Of a stretch of 64,000 bases of DNA, positions 27,896 through 43,065 are shown piece by piece. Made by a program: the position numbers and the translations under genes. How positions within the stretch are numbered: position 1 is the first letter of the stretch; the number at the start of each line of letters is the position of its first letter. This DNA comes from the human T2T-CHM13v2.0 reference genome, Homo sapiens, in assembly GCF_009914755.1 (NCBI RefSeq), contig NC_060937.1; one strand, written 5' to 3'. The notes below the pieces were generated by a model, which made no database searches, had not been told where the DNA came from, and worked only from the letters and a program-made list of their open reading frames with translations.

Positions 27896-28960
27896 AAAAG
27901 CATCTTCTTGCTCCTCCTTATCATGAAATTACAACCCAAAGGATGAACTTCTGAAGATTACACTGTGAAAATGGTTGTTGGACCTCCACTATTTCAACCA
28001 TTTGGAATCAGCCAACATAAAACACAAAACATGTAAAACAAATAATTTAAAAAGAATCAAAATAGAGCTTTCACAGATTTACCTGTCTGAGGGTTGGGGC
28101 AGGGGAAAGAAAAGCTCCTTCATACATTGAACCGACATGTTATTTGCTCTGTCTTCCATTGCTGATGTGGTCTATGTGGGCAATTCCAAGTCCAAAGGTT
28201 TAGATGAGTTTTTTTCACCTAATTGGAATGAATAAATACTTTAATGTCCTGCCAACTCAGCCTCAGCTAAATGGCTAGAAGCAAAATAAACTGCTATTAG
28301 AATTTTCTAGTCGGAAAACTAGCTCTACTGGAAGTAAGTATGAGGTATGGCAGAGACAGAGGAAGAAGTTTGCTCCTAAGTTGGGGATGCTTGAGCCAGC
28401 TCTTGACCATATAGATGAGTGCCAAAGAAAGCATTCCAGTAGCAATAGCAAGTCCAAAGGCATGCAGGCTGAGAATGCTTAGGATGTGCAAGGAATCACT
28501 GGGCATTCCATATTCTCAGCACACAATGCAAAAGCAGGGAAACAGATCAGTGCAGAACCACCTTCAAAGTGCCCTACCTTTCACTCCTAGTGCAGCATCT
28601 TAATTCCCAGTGTTCTGGTGGTTGAACAGAATCTCAAAGCTTGTAGCTAGATACTGTATGCAGCACTTTAAGGGGGTGGGGAGGGGGAACTGAAAACCCA
28701 GGATGAAGGACAGCGGCCCTGCCTGAGAAGGCTGCACTTCCATCTCTGCAGATCTGAGGGTGTGTTTCCTGCTGATGATCCCAGGATGACAAAACACTCA
28801 TTAGGGCGCTTCCAGGCAGTGGTGGCAGCCAGGGTGAGCCAGGACTCAGCCATCCAGGACTCCCTTTTAGGCCACGTTAGATTTGAGCATTATCGTGTGG
28901 CTGGGGGTTGCTGCTGAGCCCTCCTAAACAAGAGAATGACATGATCTTCTGCTTCACAAG

Positions 28961-29931
28961 TTTATTTATTTTTTATTATACTTTAAGTTTTAGGGTACAT
29001 GTGCACAACGTGCAGGTTTGTTACATATGTATACGTGTGCCATGTTGGTGTGCTGCACCCATTAACTCGTCATTTAACATTAGGTGTATCTCCTAATGCT
29101 ATCCCTCCCCACTCCCCCCACTCCACAACAGGCCCCAGTGTGTGATGTTCCCCTTCCTGTGTCCATGTGTTCTCATTGTTCATTCCCACCTATGAGTGAG
29201 AACACGCGGTGTTTGGTTTTTTGTCCTTGCAAAAGAAACTACCATCAGAGTGAACAGGCAACCTACAGAATGGGAGAAAATTTTTGCAATCTACTCATCT
29301 GACAAAGGGCTAGTATCCAGAATCTACAATGAACTCAAACAAATTTACAAGAAAAAAACAAACAACCCCATCAAAAAGTGGGCAAAGGATATGAACAGAC
29401 ACTTCTCAAAAGAAGACATTTATGCAGCCAAAAAACACATGAAAAAATGCTCATCATCACTGGCCATCAGAGAAATGCAAATCAAAACCACAATGAGATA
29501 CCATCTCACACCAGTTAGAATGGCGATCATTAAAAAGTCAGGAAACAACAGGTGCTGGAGAGGATGTGGAGAAATAGGAACACTTTTACACAGTTGGTGG
29601 GACTGTAAACTAGTTCAACCATTGTGGAAGTCAGTGTGGCAATTCCTCAGGGATCTAGAAGTAGAAATACCATTTGACCCAGCCATCCCATTACTGAGTA
29701 TATACCCAAAGGATTATAAATCATGCTGCTATAAAGACACATGCACACGTATGTTTATTGTGGCACTGTTCACAATAGCAAAGACTTGGAACCAACCCAA
29801 ATGTCCAACAATGATAGACTGGATTAAGAAAATGTGGCACATATACACCATGGAATACTATGAAGCCATAAAAAATAATGAGTTCATGTCCTTTGTAGGG
29901 ACACGGATGAAGCTGGAAACCATCATTCTCA
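28961..29931 (-). mobile_element. Young L1PA (about PA3-PA5), 5'-truncated and 5'-inverted
   Basis: 3'UTR on the minus strand at 28961-29230; ORF2 C-terminal segment on the plus strand at 29231-29931; TSD acaagtttattt at 28956-28967 and 29932-29943. Confidence 0.95.
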
Positions 29932-29974
29932 ACAAGTTTATTTTAAAGTAGAGGGCATAATATTTATTAGTATC

Positions 29975-30620
29975 ATTATTATTATTATTTAAATCTCAAC
30001 AGCTTTAGTGGTACAAGTGGCTTTTGTTTCCATGGATGAATTGTTTAGCAGTGAAGTCTGGGCTTTGGGTGTACCCTTTGCCCGAGTAGTGTACATTGTA
30101 TCCAATAGGTGATGTTTCATCCCTCACCTCCCATCTTTCCCCCTTCTGAGTCTCCAGTGTGCATTACTGCTCTCTGTATGACTTTGCATACCCATATCTT
30201 AGCTCCCATTTGTAAGTGAAGACATGTGGTATTTGGTTTTCCATTCCTGAGTTACTTTACTTAGATTAATGGCCCCCAGTTCCAAGCAAGTTACTGCAGA
30301 AGACATTATTTTATTCTTCTTTATGGCTGAGAAGCATTATTACATGGTTTATATACACCACATTTTCTTTATCAGCTCATCAATTGATGGACATTTAGGT
30401 TGACTCCACATCTTTGCATTTGTAAATTGTGCTGCAATAAACATACAAGCACAGTAGTCTTTTTTGTATAATGATGTCTTTTCCTTTGGGTAGATACCCA
30501 GTAGTGGGATTGCTAGATGGAATGGTAGATCTACTTTTAGTTCTTTGAGAAATCTCCTTAGAGTTTTCCATAAAGGTTGTACTAAATTGCATTCCCACCA
30601 GCAGCATATAAGTGGTCCCT
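29975..30620 (-). mobile_element. L1MA/L1PB 3' fragment
   Basis: The 30349-30705 minus ORF gives degenerate ORF2 C-terminus ([14 protein letters not shown]...LLGIYPKE); old-type 3'UTR. Confidence 0.85.
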
Positions 30621-31946
30621 TTGAAGTACTGCTTTTCCAGTTTTTGAAACATATGATGGCTTTGTGATGTTTGTAGGATGAATGAGGGAGTACAAGACAG
30701 ACCAAGCAGGAAGAAACAAATTCCTTCCACTCCCTGAGAAGGACAGCATTCGAATCCTTAAACTTGAGAGGAGAACTGACTCACAGTGATTTTACTGGCA
30801 CCATCTGAAAAATCAATACAAGCAACTTGACTTTCTGAGGATCATCTGAGGAGTTTTCCATGTGTCTGTTGCATCATGCCAGCTATAGCAAATATTCTTT
30901 TGCTTAGAAAAGTCAGTGGAAAGAAGTGAGACTGCAAGACATGTAACAAATTGGGTCACTGAGTTTTTGAATTGAGTAGTTGTTTAGTAAAGCAGGGCAT
31001 ACTATATACTATATGCCATGAAAATATTCATGGGGACATGAGGAAAGTGGTAATAAGCCAAAGAACACACACACACAAAATGCTGAACAGGAAAAAGGAT
31101 CTTATTTGGTTCAGTGAACTCAGCCTCTTTGAAACTTTAAACCTCTCTCTGACTATGCTCTTGCAGCTCTCAATCAACTGTTCTATATAAATATGGAAGT
31201 ATTTCAAGCTTGTTTGTACTCTCTGCTTCAGTGACCCTGCAGACAATTTATCCCACACTGTTTACAAGGCTGTATGAAATCCACAGTTCTGTCTGAATTC
31301 TTTTTTTCCCCTTTAAAGGTTTGGCTGCCTCCTGGTTTGGGCTCCCTTTGACTTATGAGAATAATTTGTTGCACTCTACCCCTTCCTTCTGATGTTATGC
31401 TTCATTAGCCCCAAAGTCCCAAAGTTCCTCTTCTCCAAAATTTCCCCTGGTGTCTTCAACTTTTCTTCCAGGAACAAGTTCTAGGCTGTGTTCAGAGTCA
31501 GCAATGCCTGCTGGCTTATTCTTCTGCACCCTGGCTACTTCAAACTGTCTTGACCAGTAATCCCAGCAAAGCTAAGGTCTTAGAGACATTCATACTCCAA
31601 TCTATAAAAGTCTCTCCATAGGATTTGATTTTCAATTACATTGTCATGAGAAAGTGCTGAAGGAGGAAATTCATTTGTGAAATCAATATGCATGTTGAAA
31701 TGATTTGTGACAGAGCTAACTATCAGATATAAATTTTTCAAAATCATTTAGAATGATCAGTTTTGCATTGGTGATGGAATAGCTTTTTCTTACTACCTCT
31801 GTTCCAAAATATAACTACAATATGTGGGATTATTTTACTGTAATCTTGACACTGTTCTTTTTTCCTATATGAATGCCACATTTAGTATCTCAAATTTGAT
31901 GCAATAATTTAGATGGGTAATGTGGTCATTGTGTATGAAGAATAGC

Positions 31947-32240
31947 ATTTTTATTTTGTTTTGAAACTGAGTCTTACTCTGTCGCTCAGGCTGAAGTGCA
32001 GTGATGTGATCACAGCTCGCTGAGCCGCAACCTTCTGGGCTTAAGCAATCCTCCTGCCTCAGCCTCCCAAGTAGCTGAGATCACAGGCATGTGTTACCAC
32101 ACACAGCTAATTTTGCATTTTTTGTAGAGATGGGATCTCATTATGTTGCCAGGCTGGTTTTGAACTCCTGGGCTCAAGCAATCCTCCCACCTTGGCCTCC
32201 CAAAGTGCTTTGATTACAGGCATGAGCCACTGCACCCGGC
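31947..32240 (-). mobile_element. AluJ
   Basis: Diverged full Alu; TSD atagcatttt on both sides. Confidence 0.9.
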
Positions 32241-32649
32241 AAAGGATAGCATTTTTACAGGTGTTTATTTCCTTATAATACACTTTTTTCTCTACATAAA
32301 CCTCCATGGTTCTAACTTGAGCTGGGGGAGAGAGAGCAAGTAGGGAGACTGTCAAGACCTTAGGAACAGGGTTCAGGAATTGGGGAGAGACCAAAGTCAC
32401 CAAAAACAGCCAGAGCAGTTACGGGGGGAAATAGTCTGGTTTATAAAGGCGGGTCTTTAGGAAGGCACTTGAGTGAGCCAATGCCAATGTCCAAAGCAGC
32501 GGGGACCTCAGCCATCACTCTCTCCTTTCTTGTCATGTCGATTTTCTGAATAAGTTGCCTACACTTCCTCAGTCTGTGTTTGCTCCTTTACTTACTGCAG
32601 TCTGGTTTCTGCTATGCACACACACACACTGGCACACACAAACACATAC

Positions 32650-34115
32650 TCACACACACACAACTGCGACTGAAATTGCTGTGTTCTTTGAAGGACGTCG
32701 CTTCTGTCCTTTCCTTGTCTGAACTCCCTGCAGCACTTAACACACTGTTGAATATTCCCTCATCAAAACGTGTTCTTCCCCTAGCTTTCAAAGACCCCAT
32801 ACTTCTCTGGTATTCCTCTGGCCATTCCTTTCCAATACCTTTCTCTGCATCTTTTTTCTCAACTCTTCTTTTATTTTTGTTATTATTTTTTTTGAGATGG
32901 AGTCTTTCTCTGTTGCCCAGGCTGGTGTGCAGAGGCATGAAATTGGCTCACTGCAATCTCCAACTCCCAGGTTCAAGCGATTCTCCTGTCTCAGCCTCCT
33001 GAGTAGCTTGGATTACAGGTGCCCGCCACCATGCCCAGCTAACTTTTTTTTTTTGTATTTTTGTAAAGACGGGGTTTCACCATGTTGGCCAGGCTGATCT
33101 TGAACTCCTGACCTCAGGTGATCCACCCACCTTGGGCTCCCAAAGTGCTGGGATTATAGGCCTAAGCCTCTGCGCCTGGCCTACAATTCTTCTTTTAAAT
33201 GTCCATGTTCCCCAGATACTTGTCCTTGGCTATCTTTTTTTTCACTTCACATAATCATGTCCACTCCCATGGCCTCATTTCCATCCACATGCTGTTGACT
33301 CTCTGCCGACTTACAATCTAACTACCTTCTGCCCCAAACTCAGCACATCCGAAACTAAGTTCCTCATCTTCCTGCCATGATGCCCGCAACCTTCTCCTTC
33401 TCTTGCTGACTCTGCTCACACGTGCCTCCACCGACTGCCTCACCTCCATTCAAACAACCACAACATCCTCACCTTCAGGCCTCCCTAGAGTTCGTGAATT
33501 CACACACCTCTCCCTAATATCACTGCCCTGTTTCAGGCCACACAGCTAGGATCCTTAACTGGTTTTCTAGCTTCTAAGCTCATCTTCCTGCAATCCAATC
33601 TCCAATCTACAGCCAAAGACATTTCTCTAAAAAGAAAATCTGACCCATCATGTGCCATCATTCAGTGGCTTTCCATTGAGCTAAGAATAAAGATAAAATT
33701 TCTCCAGTGGGTCCAAGGCCTTGGGGCACCACCCCTCAATACTTCATATCTTACCACTCTCCTAACTTCCTTCAACACACCCACACCCATCTTTATATAC
33801 ACTGCTGTCTTTGTCTGGGACACCAATTCCTCCCTCATCCCTAATGCCTGGCTAGATCATACACATCCGTGCTTTTCACTGAGACATCAATTTCTCCAGG
33901 GAATCATCTGTGATATTTCCAGGCAGGGTATCTCCTACAGGTTTCCTATCACCTGCTGTTAATGGAAAATGCAGCACTCACCCCTGGAGTGATTCATCTG
34001 TCTCCCCTCCCGCATGGTACTCTGAGCTCCTGCAAGCAAGGCTGCAGGCTATCTCGCAGCCCAGTGTGAAGCACATGAAACCCCCCCAATAAAAAGTCCA
34101 CACATGAATGAGTGA
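32650..34115 (+). mobile_element. L2 fragments, interrupted by an Alu
   Basis: Pyrimidine-rich L2-like text ending in atgaatgagtga; boundaries approximate. Confidence 0.6.
32870..33181 (-). mobile_element. AluS
   Basis: Full Alu on the minus strand. Confidence 0.93.
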
Positions 34116-34889
34116 TAACCTAAGAAAAATAGAAGTAAAATTTCCTCATGTGCATCAGTGTTTCCATAAGGAATCCATTTAAATTAACAAAAGAATTTTC
34201 ACTTTTAAATGTTTGTCTATAAGCTACACAATGTCCCATAAAACAAATGAAAACAGAAAAAAAAAATCTTAGTTTAAATGTTTTTTCCAAGTCATGTACT
34301 GCGTAAAGCTCAGCACAGCCTCTTTCAGTGTTTGCAGGTCCCGATCTCTGGCTGCCCCAGGCTTTGGACCCGTTCCTTTCAGCTTCTTGTGAGGCAGGAG
34401 TGGGAGTACTGTGCTCTCCACCCCATGCCCTTACTGTGGACTGTGCAGCCCCCAGCTGTTACTAATTCTCTTCTGGAACCACCTTCTCCTTGTTGAAGGA
34501 GCCCCTATGACTCAGCAGCCTGTAAATGAGTTAGACCTTTTTGCTCAAAGCAGACTGAACACAATGAACCACCGCATACTACGTGGCAATTAAATTAGAG
34601 AAACATTGAACAGATCTCTGCATAGTCAGAAGGTACCTGCTTATAAACTGCAAGTAGCTAGAATCTTTTTTCTCAAGGCAAGATCACAATTCAACCATGC
34701 TCAGCCACGTTGTCATAGTGAATGCTAAACTACAAGTAATTTCTAGTGAAGGAAGCATGTTATTAGTCCTCGGTGCTCCAGTTTCCCCCCACAGAATAAA
34801 GATGTATTTTATCAAAAATAACTTATACCTTGGCATCCAGTGTAATGCAAATTTGATAAAAATATAAAACTCTGTTAAAATTAGAGACA

Positions 34890-35175
34890 TGAGGACACCA
34901 AAACTTATTCTTCCTGTTTAACTGTAACTTTGTACCCATTGACCAAACTCTTCTGGTTCCCTCCCTCCACCCTCCCCAGCCTCTGTTAACCACTATAGCA
35001 AATAACAATGCAGTGAATATTTTAAGATAGCTAGAAGAAATGAGAAATGTTTAAAGTGGCGGATATGGTAATTACCCCAATTTGATCATTATATTATGCA
35101 TACACACGTCAAAATATCACATTGTATCCTGTAAATATGTACAATTATTGTATCCATTATACATTTTTAAAATTA
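34890..35175 (+). mobile_element. L1MA 3' end with inverted 5' part
   Basis: Antisense L1MA 3'UTR at 34890-34996 joined to a sense L1MA 3' terminus at 34992-35175. Confidence 0.7.
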
Positions 35176-35639
35176 AGCAAAAGTAAAAGACCAAGAACAC
35201 GAAATCCTTTAGCTCACACAATATGCAGACTGAGAACTTTGGTGAATTTTAGAAGTGCAGGTTTCAGATTGTGCCCTGAATGTGCTAATACAGGGTGTAT
35301 ACATGATCTGTTCCTAATGTGTATGAAGACGGACTTTTTGTAAATAGCTTAATGAATATTTATTGTAATCACAGTATAGAGTTTATCCTAAATTTTTACT
35401 TCTTTGCACCTCCTTAGAGACTGAATACAGAAACTGAAAGATTAGCAGCTTCAAAGAATTTTAAATACATATCTGGAATGTCTGCTATTATAGGTCCTGT
35501 AGTTCTATAGGTTCTGTGATTCACTAACAATTACTCAGCATTGAGTATTAGGAAAGCACAGACTCTGTCCTCAGGTTACTCACAGTCTGGTTGGGGGCAG
35601 AAGGAGAAGTAGAAAAGAAAAAGAAGAAGAAACAAACAT

Positions 35640-35840
35640 GTGCAGGATGTCTGCTGTGTGTCAGGCACTATATGAGATGATATATGCATTTCACTGAATC
35701 TCCACGAAAATCCCATGTGGTTTGGATTATTATCTCTCTCTTCCAGAGAAAGAAACAGAGGTTCAGAGGGATACATTCCCCAAGATCACACAGCTTGTAA
35801 CTTGCTGCAGAGCAATGCGATAAGAGCTGCACTAGCCAGA
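35640..35840 (-). mobile_element. MIR
   Basis: ctgtgtgtcaggcact...agaaacagaggttcagaggg...cccaagatcacacagct. Confidence 0.65.
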
Positions 35841-36123
35841 GAAGGAGGTTGCGCATGTGATAAGTACAGTGAGAACAAATAGGAAAGTGAGAAGGGGCTT
35901 TGCTTTGTTGGACAGCATGAGTTTAAAGATTCTGGTTTTGACATCTAAGTTATTCCTGAGAAGATGTGCTTTAGACAGCTGGATAAATGGGTCTGGAGGT
36001 CAGAAGAGAGCCAAAGCTGAAGGCACGAATGAGATCCTTTGGGATTATGTACAAATCCAAAAGAAAAAAGGCTGAGGATTGAACTCTGTGGCTTTTAAGA
36101 AAACAGTACTTAAGCGGTACATA

Positions 36124-36420
36124 GGCTGGACATGATGGCTCACACCTGTAATCCCTGCATTTTGGAAGGCCAAGGCAGGGGGATCACTTCAGGCCAGGAA
36201 TTGGATACCAGCCTGGGGGCAACATTGCAAGACGTCCTTACAGAAAAATACAAAAATTAGACACGCAGGGAGGTGTGTGCATGTAGTCCCAGCTACCTTG
36301 AGAGGAGGAGATGGAAGGATAGCTTGAGCCTAGGAAGTTGAGGCTGTAGGGAGCCAAGATCATGCCTCTGCACTCCAGCCTGTGTGACAGAATGAGACCC
36401 TGTCTCAAAAAAAAAAAAAA
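36124..36420 (+). mobile_element. AluJ
   Basis: Diverged full Alu with A-tail. Confidence 0.9.
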
Positions 36421-39400
36421 CATAAAGAAGAGGAATCCACCAAAAAGACTAATAAGAAGCAGGAGAACATAGCATCATGGAGTAAAAGCTACAAAAGAGG
36501 AGCAGGTGTCAGAGGAGGCTTGCATTGAATTATTGAATTTTGCTGTTAATATGGGAAGGCCTGGGTTGTGTTATGACCTAGGAGGTAGCCCATGGCATGC
36601 AGAGGCAAGAGATGAACAGGAAGGGGGCCATCTTCTCCCTCTAGACGGCAAGCTCCACCTAGCACATCAGGCCAGCCTTGTCTTCTAGATCTAGAATAGG
36701 GCTATCCATAGTCTCAGAAATGCTTGTTGAATGACTGAATTAATGACTTAATCAACTAATGCTTAAAGATGTGAGGTCCTAGAGAAGAGGGGAGGAAATA
36801 AAATCCAGAGCAAGGATGGTGACCTCAGCGCTGGACAAGAGGAGGTTCACCTCTTCCTTTGAAACTAGAGTCACCAACACCAAGCATTCTGCTCAGAATA
36901 GAGGAGACACTCATGTTTGTGAACCAAATCAATGAATTCTGCTCAGAGCATTATAACTCATCCATGTTCCTTAATTTCATGGTTAGAAGGTTTTATTGAA
37001 AAACTTAAGTCCAGTAAACTAAGTTGGACTTTGGTCACCAACAATGATTCAATGATTTTTAGTAGACATGCTAAAATGGCCTTCTCTTGATTTTTAATTA
37101 TGAATGGCATAAGCCCTTTGCTGTTGATAGTTTAATATTACATTTGACAAAGGAAACTGGTTATTGAGCATTGTGGAAATTAGGTTATTTTCAAATCTGA
37201 TGGAGATTCTCATGCTACTATAATATAGGATTTATCCATGAATATTTATGGATAAATAAAATATAAGATGCATACAAATAAGAATGAAGTCTAGAAATTT
37301 GCCTTTCTAACTTGGTACTAATCCAACGGATGAGCAAAGAGACCATAGGAGAAAAAGAGGTAAAATGTTAAGAAACTCTTTTAAAAAGATAATCAGACAA
37401 GCCTAGAATCTCATAGGCTATGTCAAAAGAAATGTAAATGTGTGGAGAATTGAGAAATGGCTCAGGAGGGTTTATCTTTTCCATTTGTGTTCTCCAAATG
37501 CCATCCGAGGCAGCACTGTGACCCTGGCTCCCAGATAAGAGCAGAGCCTGTGCCAGAGTCAGTGACCTCTGTCACAGAAATGCTGACTGTCTCAGTTCCC
37601 TCTGCATTTGCATTTTCTTCCCTGACTTGGAAAGTCTGCATTTCCACATGCAGGCTTCCATACTCCAGTTGAAAGATCATGTGGCTGCCTGTCTAGCCCT
37701 CCACTGACAGGAATACAAAGCCAGCCATTTTCAAATGATCTGACTGCCCCTATGGGTTATGGAACACTGGAGAATCATGGCAGCTTCTCCCATTGTTCAA
37801 TGGGTAAACTTGTGTAGCTCTTGTCCTAGATTCCTAAGGGGACACCAATTTTCTCCAAACTCCTCCCAACCCCAATGTTTTCCTCAAGGAATGAAGTTTG
37901 GATAATAAAACATGATAAAGTAATTTCCTTTCCTCCCCATTCCCATTGTTGCCACATGGACAACTGGGATTGAATGACTGAAACAACTTGGAAAACTGCT
38001 ACAATCTCCACATTGCTGTCTCCTATATGTGATCCATGCTGAGCCACGCTGGCAGATACAACTTCTGAGCACATAAGTGATTTTCCATTTTGAAGCCATG
38101 TTCAAGAACATGCAATGGCTCCTGTTGCCTTCCAGGTCAAGTCTCCCTTCAGGCAGCTTTGAAGACCTTCAGAATTTGGCTCCATTCCTACTTGTTCACA
38201 CTCCTGCCCTCCAAGTCACCCTCCTCCTGGATAGAACCACCTCCTTTCTGCACAGGGCCATTCTCATCTCTGCCCCACTGCCTACCCTGGCCTGTCTCCA
38301 TTCCTCCACCAGTGGGAGTGCCTCCCCACAACACCCCTTTCCCAACTCCTTGCCTGTCTCTCCAGGCTCTCCAGGGCCAGGTTAAGCCCCACTCTCTGAG
38401 GAGTTCCCTGCTGGTGACACTGGCAGAAAGAGAGGAATCTTTCTGCCTGAGGCAGACAGTCCAAACAAGGATACACTTAATTGTATTTTGTTTGTGGGGG
38501 CTCCCTTGGAAATATATCTTAGACTTATTTCTACATTCCCTCTATAACTAGGGAAAGGCAAAGCCAATAGTAGGCATACATACTTACTGGGCCCTTGATT
38601 GTAGAGCCCCTACCTGTCTTCTTGCCCTGAGGCCACAGGGATCTATCTCTAGTTGAATGTCTGCAGCTGGGGAGCCAGGTATTAACATTCTTACTACAAA
38701 CCCAATTCTCACATTACCTCTTTAGCAAATGCAGATCTTTACTGGTTGAGTCAGAGAGAAGCTTCTATAAATTCATTCAGTGTTAACCAAATTTTAATGT
38801 TAGCCTCTGGCGGGTTTTCGCTGCTTTCTCAGATATGTGCAGTTGGTTTCAAATCTGTGTCCTATTTGAAATGTGATAAGAAGCTAAAGAGAGTAATTGA
38901 TGGGGGAGCTTATGGCTATGGAAACTAAGCTTCCTTTGGTCATCCTCAGCTCCTTTATGTCATCTGCTAGCCGGGACCAAGATCACATATTCACATTGCT
39001 TGAAAACCTTTTTATGATTTCAAATGGCACCATTTCAGGGCTACTTACATTTAGTGTCTGTTTCAATACTTTTGACTCATTGAGGAGCGACATGGTGGCT
39101 GATGTACACAGAAATGGAACTGGGAATTCTTGGTTTAACTCTTAAAACCCTGTTCCTCAGATGCTTACAGAAGATCCAGACCTTTCCTAGACCCTCAAAA
39201 ATCCCTTTTGTCAATCATTTCAAATATTAGAATTAGCTTCCCCTGAGATTTTTTACTCTAAATGTTAATTATACATTAACAGAAGAACTAGAAATAAATA
39301 GCATTTATATTTTTGGTTTTCTGTGATTATTTATGTCTCTGCCTTCAGAATGAAATCATTTCCTTCCTGCCTAATCAGCCAGAATTTAGGTAACAGAATA

Positions 39401-40251
39401 TAGCTGTGGACCTAAGCTAGATTTCAAGAAAGAAAAATAATTTCACAGCTGACTATGCATGTCTCTATTGCCATTACTAGTTCATCTTAATTGAATGCTG
39501 TCTGTGCACTTCCTGGCAAACCACATATTCATCCTTTAAGACCCAGTTCAAACTTCGCTCAGTGAAGCCTTCCCCAGCTCCCCTGGCAGAGTTTAACATC
39601 CCTTCTTTATATTCCAGCAGTTTGTGTTTAATTCTTTGTGAGTTCAAGGAATCAAACACTTTATTGAGCATCCACTTTCCATGACTCAGTGCCCTTGTCA
39701 TAATGTGCTTTACAGACTTTATCAATGGAACTGTCTTCCTTTCTCACTCAAATTGCTCATGGTGAGTGCTACGTCTTACTCATGTTTGTATATTCTGCAC
39801 AATGCCTAGCACACAGCAGAGGCTCAGTGGGATGATTTGTATAAAAGGCCACAGGAGGCTGGTGGTTCCTGAGCAGCTGCTTGAGTAATATCACCAAAGA
39901 TAGGCAGATTGATTCATGTAGGCTGAGCTTTTGAAGTGGAAGAGTTTGTCTGGGATTCTAACCACAGGGAACGGAGAGAATGGAATGGATGAGGAAATGG
40001 GTTGCTGGCCAGAGAGTTTGAGCCATCAACAGGAACCACCTAAATAGCTCCTGAATGTGCTTCTATTACCTCTCTATTACCACTGCCCCCAACTTTTTCA
40101 GGTATTCCTCGTTTCTTGCCTGAATTTACTAATAACCTCAAATTGGTCTCTCTAGGTTCCTTATAGTATTCTTTTCCACCATAGTCTCCTCTTATCCATC
40201 TTCGATATGACCTCCAGCCTGAACTTTCTAAAAACAAATCCAGTATTTGTT

Positions 40252-40289
40252 TGCTTAAAATCCTTTCAGTGCTTAAAATCCTTTCAGTG
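40252..40289. repeat. 18-bp tandem duplication next to a (CA)n tract
   Basis: tgcttaaaatcctttcag twice, followed by a CA repeat to about 40335. Confidence 0.9.
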
Positions 40290-40304
40290 GTCACACACAC
40301 GCTT

Positions 40305-40338
<34 letters not shown>

Positions 40339-41394
40339 GCAAATGCACATACACATTGCTTCATTCTGAAATCCAGAATCCTTGTTGTAATGTTCAAGGT
40401 CCATGCATGATTCAGCCCTTCCTTTTCGTCACTCCTCCACACACACCCTGCTCTCCGTTATGTTAAACTACTGGAAGCTCCCTGAATGGTCCTAACCATG
40501 AGACCTTTGTGCCTTGGTATATGATGCTCCTTGCTGTTACAAAATCCTTCATATATTTTGTCTTACTCAATTTGCTTACCTCTGCCTCAACTTCAGGTTA
40601 TTGCTAAAGTGCCACCTCAATCTGAGATGGTTTCCTGAACCACTCTCCACTCCCTACTGGGGTGAGGTACCCAGTGCGTGCTCTCCCATACAATCCTATG
40701 CATTCCCCTGTCTTGGAACTTCTCATGTGGTGCACACTGTCTGACTCCTCCAGAACACTGAGTTTCTTGAGAGTAGGCATTTCTTATTTGTATCGGTCAA
40801 TGTCTAAGTGAGTGTTTCCCTGACCATCTCACTTAAAATAACACACACATGTGTGGACACACACACACACACACCATGTTTCCTATTCTTATTCTCTACT
40901 TTATAGTTCTCTCCATAGCATTCATCACTTTCTAATAAACTATATAATTTACTTATTTTGTTTTTCTTCCGTCTCCTTCATTTCATGTAAACTGCATGAG
41001 GGCAAGAATTTGAAAGCCTGTATTTTTTTTTTGAACTGTCTTGAATTTCCCTGGTCTGATACTGATTTTTCTATTCTACTCAGCCCTAAGTTAAGATTGA
41101 GTTACTAAAAAATAACCACATGTACCTTTCTCAGAGAAACTGCAGGAATCCTTTTGTTATTGTTCACGCCCACCAATATCACCATGATCCTGTTTTTCCA
41201 GAATTTGTCTACTAGAATGCTCAAAAGTTTGCTCTGGTTTCTGTTGTCAGAATTTCTGCTACCTGTTCTCAGACTGACTTCTTCTCCTAACCCTACAAAA
41301 TACTCCCATGGTTTAGTCATTTCGAAGTAGCTGCTTTAGAGGCTGTCTTCCCTGCTGCCCACCAAGTTAGCTAATGGAAACTTTTGTTCCTCCT

Positions 41395-42088
<694 letters not shown>

Positions 42089-42339
42089 CCTCCCTTTTTT
42101 GCTTGTTTCAATGGTTTTGTCTGTTTTATCCACTGTTATTTTCCCAGAGTCTAGAACAGTGCATGACATAAAGCACGTGCCCGTTAACTGTTTGCTGTGG
42201 CATTTGTCTCCTCAGCATTTAGTATGACACCTGGCACATAATAGACCCTCAATACATGTTAACTGTACAAATTAATAAAGGATTGAAAGAAATGGGGGTG
42301 CAGAATTACATCAAGGAATAAAGTGGGTGAAAATGCCAT

Positions 42340-43065
42340 TCTAGACTCTTCCTTCTTTCTCACATCCCATGTCTAATCAATCTTCAAGTTGTTGGTTCAT
42401 TTCTTTAAAACTTTCCTAATATTTTCTTTTCTACTACTTAGTTCAGGTCCCTATCATCTCTAACCTTTACTATTACAATATTCTTCTAGTTTCCATGCCT
42501 TTAGTCTTGCTCTCCTTCAATCATTTCTCCTCTTAGTGATGTTTCCAAAATGTGTCCAGGAGTATCACTCCCCTGACTGGTGAATCCCATGATCTGAGGG
42601 ATAACGTTTAGATTCCTTTGTGAGAACAAAAAAGTCCTTCATGACTTGGACCCTTTCCATCCTCACCTTCTACTCCACTTCTACCAGGCTCTGCACTCTT
42701 GCCATTCCAAATTATTGCATTTCTTCAAGCATTTCTCTTTCGTGCTTCTGTGCCTCTGTTCTCTTTGCTTGGAATAGTTCTCATCAATTTTGTACACATG
42801 ATTAACTTTTATGTATCCTCCAAAATTTAGCTTCACTGTCATGTCCTCCTTAGAGTCCCCTTTAATTCCCAACTAGAATTTGTCATTCCTTCTTACACCT
42901 CCCAAAGCACCCTTCACCTTATATATTGTCATCATTTGCTTATGCGTCTGTCTTTTTCCCAGAAATGTGAGTTCATTGAAGGCAGAGACTATGTCTTATG
43001 CACCTTTGTGTACCCAGAGCTTAGCCCCATATTTGCCATTCAGTGGGGACATGAAAAATACTTTT
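42340..43065 (+). mobile_element. L2 fragment
   Basis: L2 3' text (agaaatgtgagttcattgaaggcagagactatgtctt). Confidence 0.6.
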
